From the NCBI GenBank assembly GCA_040285745.1, contig JAUFOR010000004.1:744001-808000 (forward strand): DNA of 64,000 nucleotides. Reading direction: 5' to 3'. Shown piece after piece: positions 61,510-64,000 of the stretch. Source of the DNA: Barthelona sp. PCE. Taxonomy: Eukaryota. Made by a program: the position numbers and the translations under genes. How positions within the stretch are numbered: the stretch's first letter is position 1; each line of letters starts with the position of its first letter. The notes beneath the pieces were generated by a model. The model ran no database searches, was not told where the DNA came from, and worked only from the letters and a program-made list of their open reading frames with translations.

Positions 61510-62856
61510 AACTTTTAAAGGTTTAATAAAACTATTTTCACTTGGTTGCAGGTTAAAAAAATGAAAGCTTTTCAGCCATATCTTGATTAAAACCTTGCAA
61601 AATTGCTTAAAAATCACTGTATGTTTCTTATACTTCTCTTTTTGTCTCAATTCTTCTCTGGAAATATCATTATTTTGACTCTGTCTATCTACTATAAATA
61701 TATATGAATTTAACACAACATCTTTCAAAAACTTCATACGATCATAATAATAACTATCTTCAGATAAGTATATTGCATCACACAAATATCTCACATCTCT
61801 CAATTTTTTGCATATTATGTGCATTGTTTCGAAAGCTTTATCAAGCATTAACTCATTATACCTGTGATTAGCATCTAAATGCTTGAAAGGAGGACTGATA
61901 TGAAAACTCAAACACTCAAAAATTTCTAACACAATAAGCATTGAGTCAAAATCCTTCATTTTCTCTAAATTGTGAAGAACTTTTTCGTATATAACAGAAT
62001 ATTCTCTTAAATCTAAACTATTATATAATGTAGAGATAGCCATACGAACAAAATTGGGACAAATTCTAAATAATGTATCCGTGTTTAACACCATTTGTTC
62101 CAATAGCTTCAGCAAATGCCTGTTTTTGCAATAGAAACGAATATAAATTAAATAAAAAGACAGTCCTGTGTAAAAAAGAGTTTGAATGCATACATTCATA
62201 CATTCAATCATACCACCACATTTCATGATGAAAGACACACATGCAATTGCCTTGCCTCTTTGCGGTAAACAAGGATACTGTTGTTCAATACGAACTAAAT
62301 TGAAAAACTCTAATGCCAGATTGAGGAATCTGTCATCTTCATCTCTATTAGGAGTTTCATCGAGTGTAAACCCACGTGTAGGGTACACTTGATTGATCTC
62401 TTCTTCTTCTATACCTTCACCAATCGCACAAAAACAAAAAGGTTGCTCACTATCTTCAAATATTGATCGAAAAATCTGCACTTCATCTCCAAAAAAGCGA
62501 TACCGCAGGACAACAAATTGTGTTAATAAGGCTAAATTCTTGGCCAATTCAAGATTGCCAGCAATGAAAGTAACTTTGTTTCCAACAACATTTTGTTCAA
62601 TTCCTGTTATCTGTGAACGATAACGCTGTAATACATGGTACATTTGAGTAAGAATGACGACAAAATCATCTTTTGAAGGTATTTGATCCTCATAAACAAA
62701 GCAAAACTGTGATAGAACCTCATCAGAAGGTAAGTGACATATATTTTCCAACACTCCTTTAATAGTTGGACAATTTCCGTACAAACTAGATCGATCGACA
62801 CATAATTGGACTGGTCTTGAATTATCTTCTTCTGAAATCATGTTCAAGCCTTCCAT
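61498..62856 (-). CDS. Hypothetical helical protein
   Basis: 452-aa ORF whose 3' end overlaps the ABCD gene by 12 nt. Confidence 0.7.
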   Translation of the reverse strand: MEGLNMISEEDNSRPVQLCVDRSSLYGNCPTIKGVLENICHLPSDEVLSQFCFVYEDQIPSKDDFVVILTQMYHVLQRYRSQITGIEQNVVGNKVTFIAGNLELAKNLALLTQFVVLRYRFFGDEVQIFRSIFEDSEQPFCFCAIGEGIEEEEINQVYPTRGFTLDETPNRDEDDRFLNLALEFFNLVRIEQQYPCLPQRGKAIACVSFIMKCGGMIECMNVCIQTLFYTGLSFYLIYIRFYCKNRHLLKLLEQMVLNTDTLFRICPNFVRMAISTLYNSLDLREYSVIYEKVLHNLEKMKDFDSMLIVLEIFECLSFHISPPFKHLDANHRYNELMLDKAFETMHIICKKLRDVRYLCDAIYLSEDSYYYDRMKFLKDVVLNSYIFIVDRQSQNNDISREELRQKEKYKKHTVIFKQFCKVLIKIWLKSFHFFNLQPSENSFIKPLKVLKS

Positions 62857-63242
62857 TGGTGTTTAATTTGTCATTATGCCCATCTTTCGCAATAGAAAAG
62901 GGTTAAATAGGTGAATTCAAAATACTATTGTATTACAAGTTTAACAGGAAATAAAAAGTGAACCCAGCACCGCCTCACACTGCTTATCACAGAGAAACGT
63001 TGCTTTTTAGTAAATAGGATATGAGAGATAAATTGCCTGATTGTAATTATTCAAGTATATTACTTAACAAATTCATCAGTGGATCTTGTTTATTCACTAT
63101 TTAGGATTGTTTGCATATTAGAATAAATGATATTAAGATGTTTTTGAATATTTATTTATGACCTATCACCAAGAATCATACGCATATATATACACACCGT
63201 GTTTAACACACCCCTATATCTCGAAAAGTCGAAAAGTTTCAC

Positions 63243-64000
63243 TTAGCTGAGCATTTCTTCCAATGCCTTGAAAGATTCCTGCATGTTAAATTCAGAAGGT
63301 TGTGTGGATTCAGATTTTTTGATTGGACTCTTCCTCTTAACAGTTTGTGGTTTAGCTGCCTTTTGCTTTGGAAAAGACAGATATTTAGTCATGTTTTGAA
63401 TCGTTGTATGTTGCAAATCTTGCTTAGTGTGATGTCGCATTTTTTCCATAATTCTTATTGTTTCTCTTTGCTTTCTTTTCTGCTTCTGCTTCTTACCTAC
63501 ACTTTCAAGATAACTCATTGCTTGTATTGTATCTTGATGATTATCATTAGCAGAATAACTTTCAATACTGTTATTTTTTAAATTTTTAATGCTACTTTGA
63601 GTTGGTAACATATATCTGTGAACTTTGAACGGAGATTTTTTTTTTTTCATAGATAAAGTGTGTTTATCATGTTCATATTCTTCGCAATTAACTTCAGAAC
63701 TATTATTACATCTGCTATCGCTATCAATTGACTTAATCTCTTCATCTTTATCTACTATATCATTTGGTGATTGAAAAGCATTTTCCACCTTACTGGCAGA
63801 TTTAAATGGTGTGATTTTAATACTTTTTTCAGTTTCTGTATCCATTGGAGTTTCAATTTTTTCAAAATTTTTATCTTGAACTGGGGTAATTGGTGAAGAA
63901 TTTTCTAAAGGACTTGGCTCAACGATATTTGATACTGTTGTAGGACTAAAAAATTTGTGTTTATCAACAATTTTGGAATCTTTTAAAGGGATCTCAATAC
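63243..64000 (-). CDS. Hypothetical low-complexity protein, 5'-partial
   Basis: The frame of ORF 63243-63845 stays open to the window edge. Confidence 0.65.
   Translation of the reverse strand, partial: IEIPLKDSKIVDKHKFFSPTTVSNIVEPSPLENSSPITPVQDKNFEKIETPMDTETEKSIKITPFKSASKVENAFQSPNDIVDKDEEIKSIDSDSRCNNSSEVNCEEYEHDKHTLSMKKKKSPFKVHRYMLPTQSSIKNLKNNSIESYSANDNHQDTIQAMSYLESVGKKQKQKRKQRETIRIMEKMRHHTKQDLQHTTIQNMTKYLSFPKQKAAKPQTVKRKSPIKKSESTQPSEFNMQESFKALEEMLS

Noticed and set aside
63055-63104. Intron-like GTATAT...TTCACTATTTAG
   Set aside because: Branch spacing is off by one and splicing yields only a 16-codon ORF.

Overview
Gene-dense, AT-rich window from a eukaryotic nuclear genome, not a prokaryote or phage. 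It holds about 28 protein genes with very short or overlapping intergenic spaces and the standard genetic code. Flagellar genes (IFT74, BBS4, centrin, a dynein heavy chain-like giant), a NuoE with a hydrogenosome-style leader, and introns with a fused branch point/3' splice site suggest an anaerobic flagellate, probably a metamonad (inference; species not identifiable). Reading beyond the ORF track gives four phase-0 spliceosomal introns (eIF4E, eIF5A, NAA15, UPF1) of the form GTATG...WCTHAYNTTTAG, plus a probable fifth at the left edge. Highlights: (1) the two long introns fold back so that their effective length may approach the 42-46 nt of the short ones; (2) a ~5400-aa dynein heavy chain with a dead AAA1 site and an IQ motif; (3) stop codons embedded in a WRTAAA poly(A)-like signal; (4) a strongly codon-biased, bacterial-type PLP enzyme; (5) a cryptic RING/TM gene with an in-frame TGA. 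No rRNA, tRNA, CRISPR array or mobile element was recognised. All family assignments are motif recognition by eye, not database searches.
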